DNA from: Epiperipatus broadwayi | Taxonomy: Eukaryota > Animalia > Onychophora | Direction: 5' to 3' | Assembly: GCA_028023455.1 (NCBI GenBank) | Contig: JAQFVV010000009.1 | Location: forward strand, 8,184,001 to 8,248,000 | DNA length: 64,000 bases | Shown: positions 37,900 through 50,640 of the stretch, one piece after another | How the letters are laid out: the number at the start of each line of letters is the position of its first letter | Position numbering within the stretch: the stretch's first letter is position 1 | Made by a program: the position numbers and the translations under genes | The notes under the pieces: model-generated | Databases searched by the model: none | What the model was told of the DNA's origin: nothing | The model's input: only the letters and a program-made list of their open reading frames with translations

Positions 37900-38950
37900 T
37901 TATGGTGAGCACTTGATATAGTACATCACATTCTTTTGATTCATCTAACTTTCATTGTGAGGTTTTTGGGCATATCTTAATTTATTTGGATGTCTAGTTT
38001 TAACACTTTCTGTTTGCTTTCAATTTCTTTCAGTATTTTAATTAATTATCATGTACTTGTGTTAGTTTAACAGGTTCATCTGCTCTTTGTTCTTTTATTT
38101 GAATGTGTTTGACTTTGGTTCGATTTCTTTAAAAGTTCATCACATATTTTTACTTCATTCTCTGATTTTAAGAGCAATTGAGTCTGTTCATTCATTGTTC
38201 ATGATTTTATCCATTGTTTGATCTCGAATTGGTACTTGCTCGTTTCACTGCTCATTGTCTATTTGATTTATATCATAATTTTTGTTTTGATTTAAATGGT
38301 TTGCAAAAAATGTCCATCCGTTTTGCCTCTTCAATTCCATCTGCTTTGAATTATTTCCAAAACCTCACTTCCATCAGCTTTACTATCTCTAAATGTCTCT
38401 GATTCATTCTTTTTTGGTGATCTTGCATCCATTTTTGATTATCTTCCAACTGTGATTACATTTGTTTATGACTTAAGTTCCACACATTTTCGATTATTTT
38501 CCATAATTTGGTTCATTTGCTTCTGATTAGCTTTTTGATCATTTTTGCATGGTTTGGATTATTTGCTACATTTTTTTTTTTGGATTATTTTCTATAGTTT
38601 GATTTATTTGCTCCATTTGCTTTTGATTATACTCCATTTTCCAATTCGAACTATCTAAATAATGTGCTAATCATCAGCATCATGTCTAAATGTGATGATG
38701 TTGCAGTATTCTCATGCATTTTTATTTCTTTATTAATGTTGTTATGCTTTATTTGTTTGTATGAATCACTATCTGGATAAACATTGTCCATATCCAAATT
38801 TTCTAAGTTGTCTTTTTCACAGTTAGTTTCAGCAGTATTTGCTTCCAATATTTCCTGCTGCTCTTCATCCTTTTTATTTTCTTTCTCCATTTTAATAACC
38901 CCCCACATTTTTAAACATAATAACCTTATTATATGCAATACAATCACAAC
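37900..38950 (-). pseudogene. Coiled-coil, charged ORF remnant, possibly a retrotransposon gag N-terminus
   Basis: ORF 38651-38947 and downstream broken E/K/Q/M-rich frames resemble the gag N-terminal region at 45800-46300 in composition; no diagnostic motif. Confidence 0.3.
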
Positions 38951-39219
38951 TCAATAGACTAATAACAGTACTAGATCATACCTTGGAACACCCCAGAATA
39001 CCAGACATACTTGTATGTTTTCTACATGGCACAACTTGCTTTGTTCTTTTTTTTTGTTTGTTTTACAATATAATTAAAATATAGAAAAAAAAAAATTGTT
39101 TGATCAATCATATCATTCATCTAACTCAGGCAAATGGGAATTTATAACATACATTTGTACCCACACTGGGGCAAACAAAAAATTATAAATATTGGGTGTT
39201 ATTATGTAATAGTCAGAAT

Positions 39220-39317
39220 AGAATATTTTACATTTCTCTATTTATTTACATAAGTTATATGGGTGCCACCTGACTTTAAGCATCAGGAAATAAACTACCA
39301 TATATATATATATATAT
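39220..39317. repeat. Left part of the second copy of the 1.6-kb repeat, cut by Gypsy element 2
   Basis: cataagttatatgg.gtgccacctg.ctttaag.atcaggaaataaacta matches 35860-35910. Confidence 0.85.
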
Positions 39318-40991
39318 TGTAACAGTTTAGCGTTTGAAGTGAGGTTGATTATACTTACTGTTACCCCAAGCAAGAAGCAAATATAAACCTAATTAACTTT
39401 TAAGTCTATATTCCTGACTGAACACTAAAAAAATATGCACATATTATTCCAACGTTATATTTCTCATGCCCCTCGGCTGCTGGACAAAAGTATTCGTAAG
39501 GAATGTTTTATTAGGTTTCCAGTGCTTGATATATTTATAAATTTTTCTAGGAGATTATCACGGCAACAGAGGAATATATGAGTATATAGCCCCCTCTCCT
39601 CCTTCTTTGTTAATTCCACTTTTCTTCTCTTTAGAATAAAAAAAAATTATTTATTTGTCCCTTACTTTATTTAAATCTAAAGTTAACCACATAAGTTTTA
39701 ATAATCTAGATTAATTTGCTACTGTTATTCGTTCGCTTGGTGAAAAAAGAATAAAGGAAGACAACTATTTTTTAGTGGTAATAATGTTTAATAAAATACT
39801 GAATTTAAATATCTAAAATAACAAACAAATCTATAAGTATTGAAATAATATAATTATATTGCAGAATAGTTAATTAGCAAAAGCTAACAAAATAACTTCT
39901 CTAGTATTAGTTGATTTCTTTTTTTGTTGTTGTTTCTCTTTTTTTTCTTTTAACTAAATATTGCGCAATTTTAAACTAGTCTGTTTCTTTTGGATATAAA
40001 ATAAATCAATACATCCATGTTTTATAGAAAAATGTTTACCTAGGTTATTAGACATCAAGCATTCTATAGACTGTCCTGTGGGAAGCACCCACTTCTTTTG
40101 GAGAGATGGTTGATTCTTCACTAGACACTCCGGCTGGCTGGGTTATTCTTGGTGTAGTCCGTTGCAACTGCTTTGGTCTCCTTCTTTATTGCTTTGTTTC
40201 TCAGTGGCATTAATTCCTTTCTTCAGGCATAGCATGGTTAATAATGGCAATCTATTTAGCAGGTAAGACAGCAGATGTTCTTTCATGGGTGAATGAGAAT
40301 TCAGATGGGCAAAGACCGAGCAAACGCCCGTTTAGGGCCACTAGCCATGCATACTAACAGACATATATATGCCTGCTAATATTGTTCAGAAATGCTAGTC
40401 TCATGGTTTAGTTCTTAGATAAATCTGATAACAGAAAATCCAAAAATCAACTAATTAATAATCTCATTTCTGCCTTATTTATAGATTTGCCGGCTATTGT
40501 TCACTGGAATGCCACTAATTAACAATATGCCCTTTCACACATTTATTTTAATCTTACACAGATTTATGATGGAAAATTTGTACAAGTTTCACATTTTAAT
40601 AAAATTTACATTTAAACTCACTTTTTTACAATGTTTTAAATATCATAATTCTCTAATACTTTTTATTTGCTTATACGTTTCTAATATTTTTTTATTTATC
40701 TTTTTTTTTCTTTCAAATAAGTGATTTTAAAGAGAGAAAGAGATGTATTTTGTTATACACCCCTTTCCCCTTCTATTTCTTTTTTAAAAATGAAGTCTTT
40801 ACAGCCTTTTAACTAATTTTCAACTAATTATTAACCCTTTCACGTTTTTCTCTTTTTTTTTTGAAAAATATCAATGACCTAATTCTTTTAATTTCTTTGT
40901 TTGTTTCACTTTTATCCTTAATTTCTCTCTTTTTTTTATTATTAATAATAAATACATATAGGTGTGATTACAATCATATGTAGTCAGCACA
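39318..40991 (-). repeat. 3' LTR of Gypsy element 2 (~1.67 kb)
   Basis: Colinear with 46725-48475 over the whole length (about 85-90% identity by eye). Confidence 0.95.
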
Positions 40992-42172
40992 TTACATAGC
41001 TCTCTGTTTTGAGAATTGAAATAGAGTGAAATTTTCTTCTGAGGTGAAGGCCATATTAAATCTTACCTTTCACATTTCTACCGTTGTGATTAATGAAAGA
41101 TATTACTAGCAGTAATGTCTGCGGTACAAATGTATTTTATTTTTCTTCTTTTTAGATGACAGTGAGATCGTCACAGAGACAACTAGGCAAAAGCTACCAT
41201 ATTCACTCCAATCGACTTTGTGCATATCAAACCATTTTAATCTTTACATAAGTCGAGACTACAGTATGAGTAGACTTTAATACACCGACATTAATATAGG
41301 GTTTGAAATTCTTGAATGTGAGAACATTTTATGCAACAAAAAAAACCCAAATTCTTAATTCTTTAAATTCTTGACGTAATTATTAATATAATTCCTAATA
41401 AACTGGGAATTTTCGTCCAGCAAAGATAATGAGCCCAGGATTCTTACTGACACTACATCATTAAAAGAGAAAGCTTAACGCACATACTCACCTGTAGATC
41501 TATAGTTTGTTTCTTTTTTTAAAAAAAAGACGGCTTAATCAAACACAAAATACGATCCATATACAATGTCATATACACACACACACATATGCATCAATCC
41601 ATAACCTCATCGATCCACCCTCGACACCTACCATTTAATCATTACTACTATTATTCATTTATTTTATTTTATTACGTAATAATTATCCATTTATTGTTCC
41701 TTCCTTTTTTTTTTCATTTTAAACTTAATTATTTCAGCTATGATAATGGCAGTCTTACGAAAAGGGTTTTATTATATTAATAGTGGATATAGTCAATGCA
41801 CTTTAATCATGGTTTCTATTTTATTCAATGTCATGCTCAGATGTGTCTGACAAATTTACAAACTAGGAGTTCCTCATAACAGATTACAACCGGATTTGTT
41901 TCACATGACTTCATTTTGTTTCATGCATTACACATTTATTAATCTCTTTCTTCCTCTTAAAATGTTCTTTTATTTACATTAAAGTTTTACATAGTCTTCC
42001 TTATTCGAAATCCAAGGTCGTTAACATTTGCTCAAGCCAATAGATTGTCCGATTATAGTTAGTTTTTATCCAGAGGCTGTTTTCCCCTCTTCACTAACCA
42101 TAGCAAACGAGTGTTATACGTTCGCCTTTCCTCCGCCCCCTGTGCTATTACAAATGCGCCCTCATAAATAGG

Positions 42173-45120
42173 TTAAAATTTCTTATATATGTGTTTTTCA
42201 GGATGACTTACAGGCTGCACTCTCACCATAATCTCATGTCCTATCCTGAAGATGGTTTTAGATCCCCTTTGTCTCTGTTTTCTTAACTCCCCTATTTTTT
42301 TCAACTGGTTGAGCACTTGCCCAGTGCCTTTTCTTCTGTTTATTGATCTCGTTCCTACTGGTAGCCTGGTCTCAAATGGGCATGGAACATTTCTCCCAAA
42401 ATGTAATCTAACAGATTCAAATCTGTTGAACTCGTTTTTCGACCATTTTATCATGTTTACTATTCGTGGGGTTTTTTCACCCACTTGCGAAGGTTGTCAT
42501 GTATATAAACGTGAAATAAACACCCCACTCCTTCATTATCTGTTCACATGGATTTGACTGAGGGTTAAGAATTGATGTCAGTATGTGTTTTATTCCGTGT
42601 TTCTGGGTCCATTTCTTCCATTTGCCAGATATAAACGGTCTCATGATCTGATAGGATTTTACCCCGGAATTCCCATGGCTCTAAAATGCTGCTGCTAAAA
42701 TGGTTTGCTTCGCATTAGCTTACCTACTGGGTATGTCACTACTAGCTTCAAAAATACCATAAACGACTAGAAGGTATTTCATTTTATTGAAGCGAGGTAG
42801 CGGCCCGTAAAAGTCTATTGCTATTAAGCTATTTGGTTGTTGGGCATATATGGGTTGGATTTATCCTACTCCAGATGTATTGAGCGGCTTAGTTTTTGCA
42901 CACATGATGTATGTGCTAATGACATTGACAATATTGGCATATTCCTGGCCAATAAAACCAATGATTGAGCCAACCCTCCACTTTAGTTGCTCCATAATGG
43001 CTGAATGTTTCATGTATATATTCAATTAACTGTTTCCTCATGGCGGCTGGAAGAATGATGCGCGTCTGTTTCTTTCTCTTGAACGTACGCTGTAAGAGAC
43101 CCCCTTTTAAGCAGAAGTGATTCCTGTCCTTCCATAATGGGTACCCTTTAAATTCCACGATGAGCTGATGCTGTAGATAGTTCATTATTTGTTTGCAATC
43201 GCTGTCCTTTCCTTGAGCCTCCTTTAATTTATGCAAGTTATATACTATCGTCCCTTGTTTGCAAATTTCAGTCGCTGCTATGTATACTCCATCACAGCTT
43301 AAGTGTTGACCCTGAGTTATTGGATATTGGTTTAAAGTGTCTGCTACAATATTTTCTTTCCAGTGGCAGTATACCACTTTTATAATTAAATTCCTGCAGG
43401 AACAAATTCCATCTTATTAAACCTGCTATTAGCCAAGAAGCTGTGATTAAGAAACTCTGGGCTCTTATGATCAGTCAGTACTATTATTTCAGAGCCCACC
43501 AAATCCTGCCGGAATTTCTTAAATGCCCACACAAACACTAGGGCCTCTTTCTCCATTACAGTGTAGTTAACTTCCGGTCCTTTCAATAAGCGGCTAGAGA
43601 AACAAAGAACCCCATGCTGGCCTCCTTGTATCTGGAAAAGCGCAGCTCCCAATCCAAAACCCATTTGTATAAAGAATGGCTTGCCAAAATCAGGATATGA
43701 CAACATAACCTCGTCTAAAAATCCCTCCTTCACTCTTTGGAAGCTACGCTTATGTTGTTCGTTCTACATCCATGGCCTTTCCTTTCTTAATAATTGTAAT
43801 AATGGCTCCATGTTTAGTAAAAACCTTCTATAAAACCCGATTGTCAAAGTTACATAGCCCAAAAAAAGATTTAACATATTTTTTACTACGAGGCATAAGG
43901 AACTCCTGAATTGCTTCAATTTTTTCAGGGTTGGGTAATATTCCCTTTTCATTGATAATATGACAGAGAAATTTAACTTCAGTAGTCATTATGTGGCTTT
44001 TATTCAAGTTAATTCTTATCCCCTTCCAGCAACCACTCTACATGTCCAAAATGTTCCTCTATGCTCTCTAAGGCCACAACAATGTTGTCGACATACATTA
44101 CAACAAAATTTTTTACATCTTCTGACAATACCTGATCCAAACATTGGATAAGGCCCACCCCACTATTTTTTAACCCAAAAGGAATTTTATTAAAATTATA
44201 TGCATGTCCGTTATATCTAAACGCAATATATTTTCAATCCTTCGGATGAAGCTTAATCTAATCGAATGTCGAAAATACTTTATTTTTAAACTTAGTTAAC
44301 AATTTGTTCATAGGTGGTAAGGCATTAGTATCTGGGATCGTTATTTTATTCAACTGCCTAGTATCCAAACATAACCGAATCGATCCATCATTCTTTTTTA
44401 CTGTTACGATGGGGTTATTGAAAAGAAATGAGGATTTAGATATGATTCCCCATTTAAGCATTTGGTCTATCTGTTCCTCTACCTCTCGTCTATACTGATA
44501 GGATATAGAATACACGTAGCCCGATATGGCCGATCCTCCATGAGCCTTATTCTGTGTTCATACCCTCATATCACCCCAGGAATCTCCGAGAACACCATCT
44601 CATATTTATTTAATAATTTCCTCAGCCTATCCCCTTGGTTATTATTTATAAATCTGGATTCATCCATTTTTCCTATTTCTATTGTTGCGCTTTGAGTGTA
44701 CCTTTCTTTATTACATTTCCCCTATGTTTATTTGTGAATGGAATTAATGTGTTATTTATTTTTACCAAACTTTGTTCATAATCTAACACACAGCTTGTTT
44801 TATGCATAAAGCCCGAGCCTAATATGACCTCATGAATAAGTCCCTCCAGGATCACCAACATATGCTCATATTCCATCTCTGCTACATGTAATTTGTAAAC
44901 TGATTTTAATGGCAACATTTTGACTTCCAGGTCAACATAATTTGTCTTATCAAACATTTCTTGTGACATTACCGATATCTGACTTCCCGAGTCGAATAAT
45001 GCATTAGTCACAATCTCACTTATTTTTTTTCCTATCTTTGGACATATCTGAGGTGCCACTGTTGGCATTCTATCTTCTCCATTACACACTAGATTCGCTA
45101 CTTTGTATATTATCATTTTT
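42173..45120 (-). pseudogene. pol: Gypsy 2 pol, frameshifted
   Basis: ORF pieces 44679-45116, 44258-44515, 43764-43952, 43386-43733, 42916-43377 and 42173-42484 in PR-RT-RH-INT order. Confidence 0.92.
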
Positions 45121-45129
45121 TTTCACTTC

Positions 45130-46300
45130 CGTCCCTATCCTGATCTATTTTCATTCTACTATTATCCAACATCCTTAAGACCTCATCCATCTGTCCACCA
45201 TTTCTTTGCTTATCATCATTTGTTCTATCTCCCTAGGCAAACCATGTCTAGCTATTCACATAATCTGTTTTTCTGACAATGGATACGCTGTAGATGCTCT
45301 CATCTTCGCTACTTGTTATCCCAGTTGCCATTTATTCTGCGCTACCTGCAGCTTAATCCTTTCCTGGAGCTCCTCCTTCCCAGTAATTTGTCAACATTGA
45401 GCACTTGTATTCCTCGAATGTTGTCGGTTCTATTCGTAATGAATTCCACCAGAGCTGAGCTTCTTGTATGTGGCTGTGAGATATAGCAATCCTCGTCTCC
45501 TCACTTAGCCTATTCACTGTATAATATCGTTCCAGGCTCTCCAAATGCTCATTAGGATTTTCCTGTGTGGCCCGACAGAATGCGAATTTTCACAAATTGG
45601 TTAACTGTGGTGAAGTTGTTATTCATCATATTATTATTTTCATTACTTGCTTGCATGCATTCGCTTGTGCTTTTTTGTTATTCACTGTTAATTTTGATCA
45701 TTCTCTATTATATTTTCTCCCTTATTCTCACTTTCTTCTACCCTTGACCCTATTTTCTCTATTGCTACTACTAAGTAGTTTATGTCCAGTGGTAGATTTT
45801 CTATAACATTTTCATCTTTTATCACCTCAATTTTTTCCCCTTGCTTTAATTTAAATTGCTCTACTTCATGGCATTGTTCCCACTTTATCTTCTACGTTGA
45901 CTACCTTTTCATTTAATTCCATTCTGACCCCCTGTGCTACATTATCCCACTTTCCCATAATTCATTGCTCAAATTTCTTGAGTATCTCAGTCTGGCTATC
46001 CAACCCTTTTATCTGTGATTGCCATTTGACACAAGGTTTGTTTAAAATTTTCATTCAATTCCTAAATTTTTTGATTGAAGCTTTTAGTTAGTTATTCACG
46101 TAACTCTTCCATCATTTTCTTATCTGATTCCCTTTCATTGAATTCTTTGGCAAATTGTTGCTGATCTTTCATCAACATACCCATTAAATCACTGCTTTCT
46201 ACACTATCTTTCTCTTTGTGTTCAAATTATCTTTCATCTCCCTCTTATTACTAAATTTTTCGGTGTGTTCAGCTCATTCTTCGCTACTAATCCTTTCCTC
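45130..46300 (-). pseudogene. gag: Gypsy 2 gag remnant
   Basis: Coiled-coil N-terminus from ~46298, then the capsid-like ESLERYY...EAQLWW...TFEEYK segment (45353-45544). Confidence 0.75.
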
Positions 46301-46702
46301 TCTGTTACTTTGGGCATTCATTTTTGTCTTGGATCTCATGCGCAACAAATTTATTATATGAAATGAATATTATCTAGTACTTTGTTTGCTATGACTTTAC
46401 TGATATTATCTTCAAATTTATAACACTACTTTATTCTCTCTCTCTCTCTCTCTTTTAATTTAATTTATGATTGCTCGTCTCCCCCATCCCTACTCATTAA
46501 AACTCACTCGCCTGAGCCTGCCTTAAAGATCCCCACAACTAGCTCTCGAAAATCACTGTCTCTTTCTCTCTATCATTGAATTTTGTTGTTTCTTGCTTTC
46601 GCCACTCACCAAGTTACTTATTTTATTTTTAATTTATATATAAATCCATTTTAACTATGCTGCACACTCATATTAGACTGGGTTATTACCTTTAAATGTG
46701 AT

Positions 46703-46722
46703 AAATCCCGGACTGGCCCCCA
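46703..46722 (-). promoter_or_regulatory. Primer binding site, tRNA-Pro
   Basis: TGGGGGCCAGTCCGGGATTT, 2 nt after the LTR end; 18/20 match to the tRNA-Pro complement TGGGGGCTCGTCCGGGATTT. Confidence 0.88.
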
Positions 46723-46724
46723 TT

Positions 46725-48475
46725 TGTAACAGTTTTGTTACATTCATAACAATTTAGCGTTTGAAGTAAAGTTGATTATACTTAATGTTACACAAAGCAA
46801 GAAGCAAATACAAACCTAATTAACTTTTAAGTCTATACTCTTGACCGAACACTGAAAAAATACACACATATTACTTCAATGTTATATTTCCCAGTCAGAC
46901 GCCCCTTGGCTGCTGGACAAAGGTATTCGTAAGGAATGCTTTATTAGGCATCCAGCGCTTGAAATATTTATACATTTTTCTCGGAGATTATCATGGTAAC
47001 AGAGGAATATATGGGTATATAGCCCCAACCCCTCTTTGTTTATTCCACTTTTCTTCTCTTTAGAATAAAAAAAAAATATATTTATTTGTCCCTTATTTTA
47101 TTTAAATCTAAAGTTAACCACATAAGTTTTTAATAACCTAGATTAATTTGCTACTGTTATTCGTTTGCTTGGTGAAAAACGAATTAAGCAAGACAACAAT
47201 TTTTTAGCAGTAATAATGTTTGATAAAAAAAATTATCAAGTTAAATGGCATAATGAATTTAAATATCTAAAATAACAAACAAATCTATAAGCATTGAAAT
47301 AATATAATTATATTGCAGAATAGCTAATTAGCAAAAGTCCAGCATAAAGTAATTGTACCTTTATCTAACAAAATAACTTCTCTAGTAATAGTTCTTTTTT
47401 TTTTTTTGTTGTTTCTTTTTTTCTTTTAAACTAAATATTGCACAATTTTAAACTAATCTGTTTCTTTTTGATATAAAATAAATCAATACATGCATGTTTG
47501 ATAGAAAAATGTTTACCTAGGTTATTAGACATCCAGCACTCTATAGATCGTCCTGTGGGAAGCATCCACTTTTTTTGCAGAGATGGTTAATTTTTCACTA
47601 GACCCTCCAGCTGGCTGGGTTATTCTTGGTGTGATCTGTTGCAGTTGGTTTGGTCTCCTTCTTTCTTGCTTTATGTTTCTTGGTGGCATTCATTCCTTTC
47701 TTCAGGCACAGCACGGTTAATAACGGCAATCTATTTAGCAGGCAAGACAGATGTTTTTTCATGGGTGAGTAAGAATTCAGATGGGAAAAAACCGAGCAAA
47801 GCCCATTTAGGGCCACTAGCCATGCATATCAACAGACATATGCCTGCTAATATTGTTCAGAAATGCTAGTCTCACGGTTTAGTTCTTTAGACAAATCTGA
47901 TAACAGAAAATCCAAAAATCAACTAATTAATAATCTCAATCTGCCTTATTTATAGATTTGCCGGCTATTGTTCACTGGAATGCCACTAATTAACAATATG
48001 TCCTTATACATATTTATTTTAATCTTATACAGATCTATGATGAAAAATTTGTATAAGTTTCACATTTTAATAAAATTTACATTTAAACTTACTTTTTTAT
48101 AATGTTTTAAATATCATAATTCTCTCATACTTTTTATTTGCCTATACATTTCTAATATTTTTTTATTTACCTTTTTTTTTCTTTCAAATAAGTGATTTTA
48201 AAGAGAGAAAGAGGCGTATTTTGTTATATACCCCTTCCCCTTCTTTTTTAGAAATAGACTTAACAGCCTTTTAACTAATTTTCAACTAATTATTAACCCT
48301 TTCACGAATTTTATATATATTTTTTCCCTTCTATTTTTGAAAAATATCAATGACCTAATTCTTTTAATTTCTTTGTTTGTTTCACTTTTACCCTTTAACT
48401 AATTTCTCTTTTATTATTATTATTAATAATAATAAATACATACATGTGTGACTACAACCATATGTAGTCGGCACA
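46725..48475 (-). repeat. 5' LTR of Gypsy element 2 (~1.75 kb)
   Basis: Direct repeat of 39318-40991; abuts the PBS. Confidence 0.95.
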
Positions 48476-50572
48476 ATATATATTTAAAACAATATTTTAT
48501 TCATTATAATAATGTAACCATTACACAGCTCCATTTGTAATGCTGGGCTAAATCGTGGAGAATAAAGTTACTCCCGATAAATAATGGTAGATCACAATCT
48601 TATATAAACAAAAAAAACAAATCATGTTATAATAATTTATTTACTAGTGTATTTATTAATTGATGAACAATTTATTTTCTTTAATAAAATTAACAAATCA
48701 ATAATTTATTTACAAAATATAAATAATCATTAACTGATATGCAATTTATTTCTTTACGAAAATCCTTTAATCTTTATACATTATAGTATCAATATATTCA
48801 TAGAAAAAGTAACACATTTGCTGAACCTTTAACCCTGACTTCAATAAATATAAATATAATTCTATATATGTATAAATCCATAAATACAAACAATTTTTTG
48901 ATTCACGTGTCTTCTAATATCTACACATACATATGGTCTATATGATATAGACATCAAGACTATTTTTATCACAATAATCATAAGGAATGATCTTTTAGAT
49001 CCTAATCCTAAACATAACTACTTATATAATAATAACTATAAAAGGATGTCCCCTAACTGAGTAAACTTCCTATACAAGAATTATAAGGAGTGACCTCTTG
49101 ATCCTAAACCTAATTTAATACAACTATAATTTATATAAGGATGACTTGTTCTGAGTTTGATCCCTAACTCATTTAATTGATAGGAATGTATTTTCCCATA
49201 TGGATTTGAACATATGCAAACTATTAAGCATTGAACAAACAATTGGGCATATATAAAATACAGCTACATAAAATCCAATTTCAATGATCAAATATAAGTT
49301 TTAGCTACACATGAATGAGATTAAGGAAAATAATTACATATTAGCTATGGTTATTTAAGACTTAGGCAATTTGTATGTGTGCATTGCATTTACATGATTA
49401 TCATTATTTCTTTACTTTTTCTCTTATTAATAACATATAAAATTCATAAACTTAGCACCTATATGTGACATATATTAATTATTATTTTTTTTATTTTAAA
49501 AAATACTTTTAACAAGTAAAGAGAAGTTATTACAAATTCCTTTTTTTTTTTTTTTTTTAATTAACAGTTTCTTTTAAAATAATACTTAGATGATAAGCCT
49601 TATTTATATATCCAAATTATTATAAAGGATATGAACACAGACTTTCAAGCTCCCTTCAGCTATTCATTCTATCTCATACAACCAACACACTTGATCACAA
49701 ACTTGAAAAAAATAGTTGGTCAAAATCAAATCCCACATATATAAATAATCAGTACTCAGTTTATATTAAGATAGAAAATCTTAAAATGTTTATGGACAAG
49801 CTTCAATCTACTCCACTCTTCAAGCATTCATACCATTGAAAATCTGATGATGGAATGCCTAGTTTTCAATGGTATGGATAGCTGAAGAATTGAAGGGTAG
49901 AGTAGATTGAAACCTATCTATTAAAGTTTGAAGATTTGCTATTTTAATATAAATCAAACTAATTATATAAATATTTGGGAGATGATGAACTGGACCAACT
50001 GATAAGTGCTGATTCAGCATGAAATACATATATTGGAAATCATTTATCTTTTTCACATGTGTGTGGACATGTGTATTGATTGTATGAGATAGGGTGGATA
50101 GCTGAAGAGAGCTTGAAAGTCTGTCTTCAAATCCTTTATAATTACATCTAAACTTCAAATACATAAATTATATTTGTATTCAAATATTACAAAATCTAAA
50201 TTATTTAAAATTAAGTACAAATCATTCTTTAAATATAAAAATCACCCAAAACAAAATAATTGCCATTCACTTCATTCTGACAAATATTAAAAGTTTGTTT
50301 AGAATGATAGTATAGCCTTGTAGTTTCTAGTTGTCTTTTAAATAAGCACTAATTTTTCATTTCAGCTAGAGTTATTCAAAATTTGATTCAAAAGTGTTCC
50401 AGATTAAAATTTAGTTAACTGTTAGTAGTGTCCCTTTTTTTATTCATAAGACATAGTGAAGTCCTGGGATTTGAATGAAGTAATATTCCAATCTGATTAA
50501 GAGGGGGGAAAAAACTACTTTTTATATCAAAACTTAGTTTCTTTATTGACCCTTGTTTTAGTTTTTTTTTTT
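48476..50572. repeat. Right part of the second copy of the 1.6-kb repeat
   Basis: Resumes homology to 35915 onward directly after the LTR; interrupted by the 49622-50193 insertion. Confidence 0.88.
49622..50193. mobile_element. Foldback insertion (~525-bp palindrome + ~50-bp tail)
   Basis: Absent from the paralogous copy at ~37010; arms 49618-49842 and 49863-50143; flanked by ATCCAAATTATT / ATCTAAATTATT (12-bp TSD-like). Confidence 0.85.
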
Positions 50573-50640
50573 TAAAAAAAAAAAAGAATTTTCATATCTA
50601 GTCAGTGTCTGAGAATTTCAGATTTTCTTCTTATTATGTA

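Larger units (their letters stand above)
39318..48475 (-). mobile_element. Full-length decayed Ty3/Gypsy LTR retrotransposon 2
   Basis: TG..CA LTRs, ATAT TSD in a (TA)n tract, tRNA-Pro PBS, gag (EAQLWWNSL), PR (LFDSGSQISV), RT (FNNPIVTVKKNDGSIRLCLDTRQLN), RH (FSSRLLKGPEVNY, VLTDHKS) and INT (YIHETFSHYGATK...FYWPG). Confidence 0.96.
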
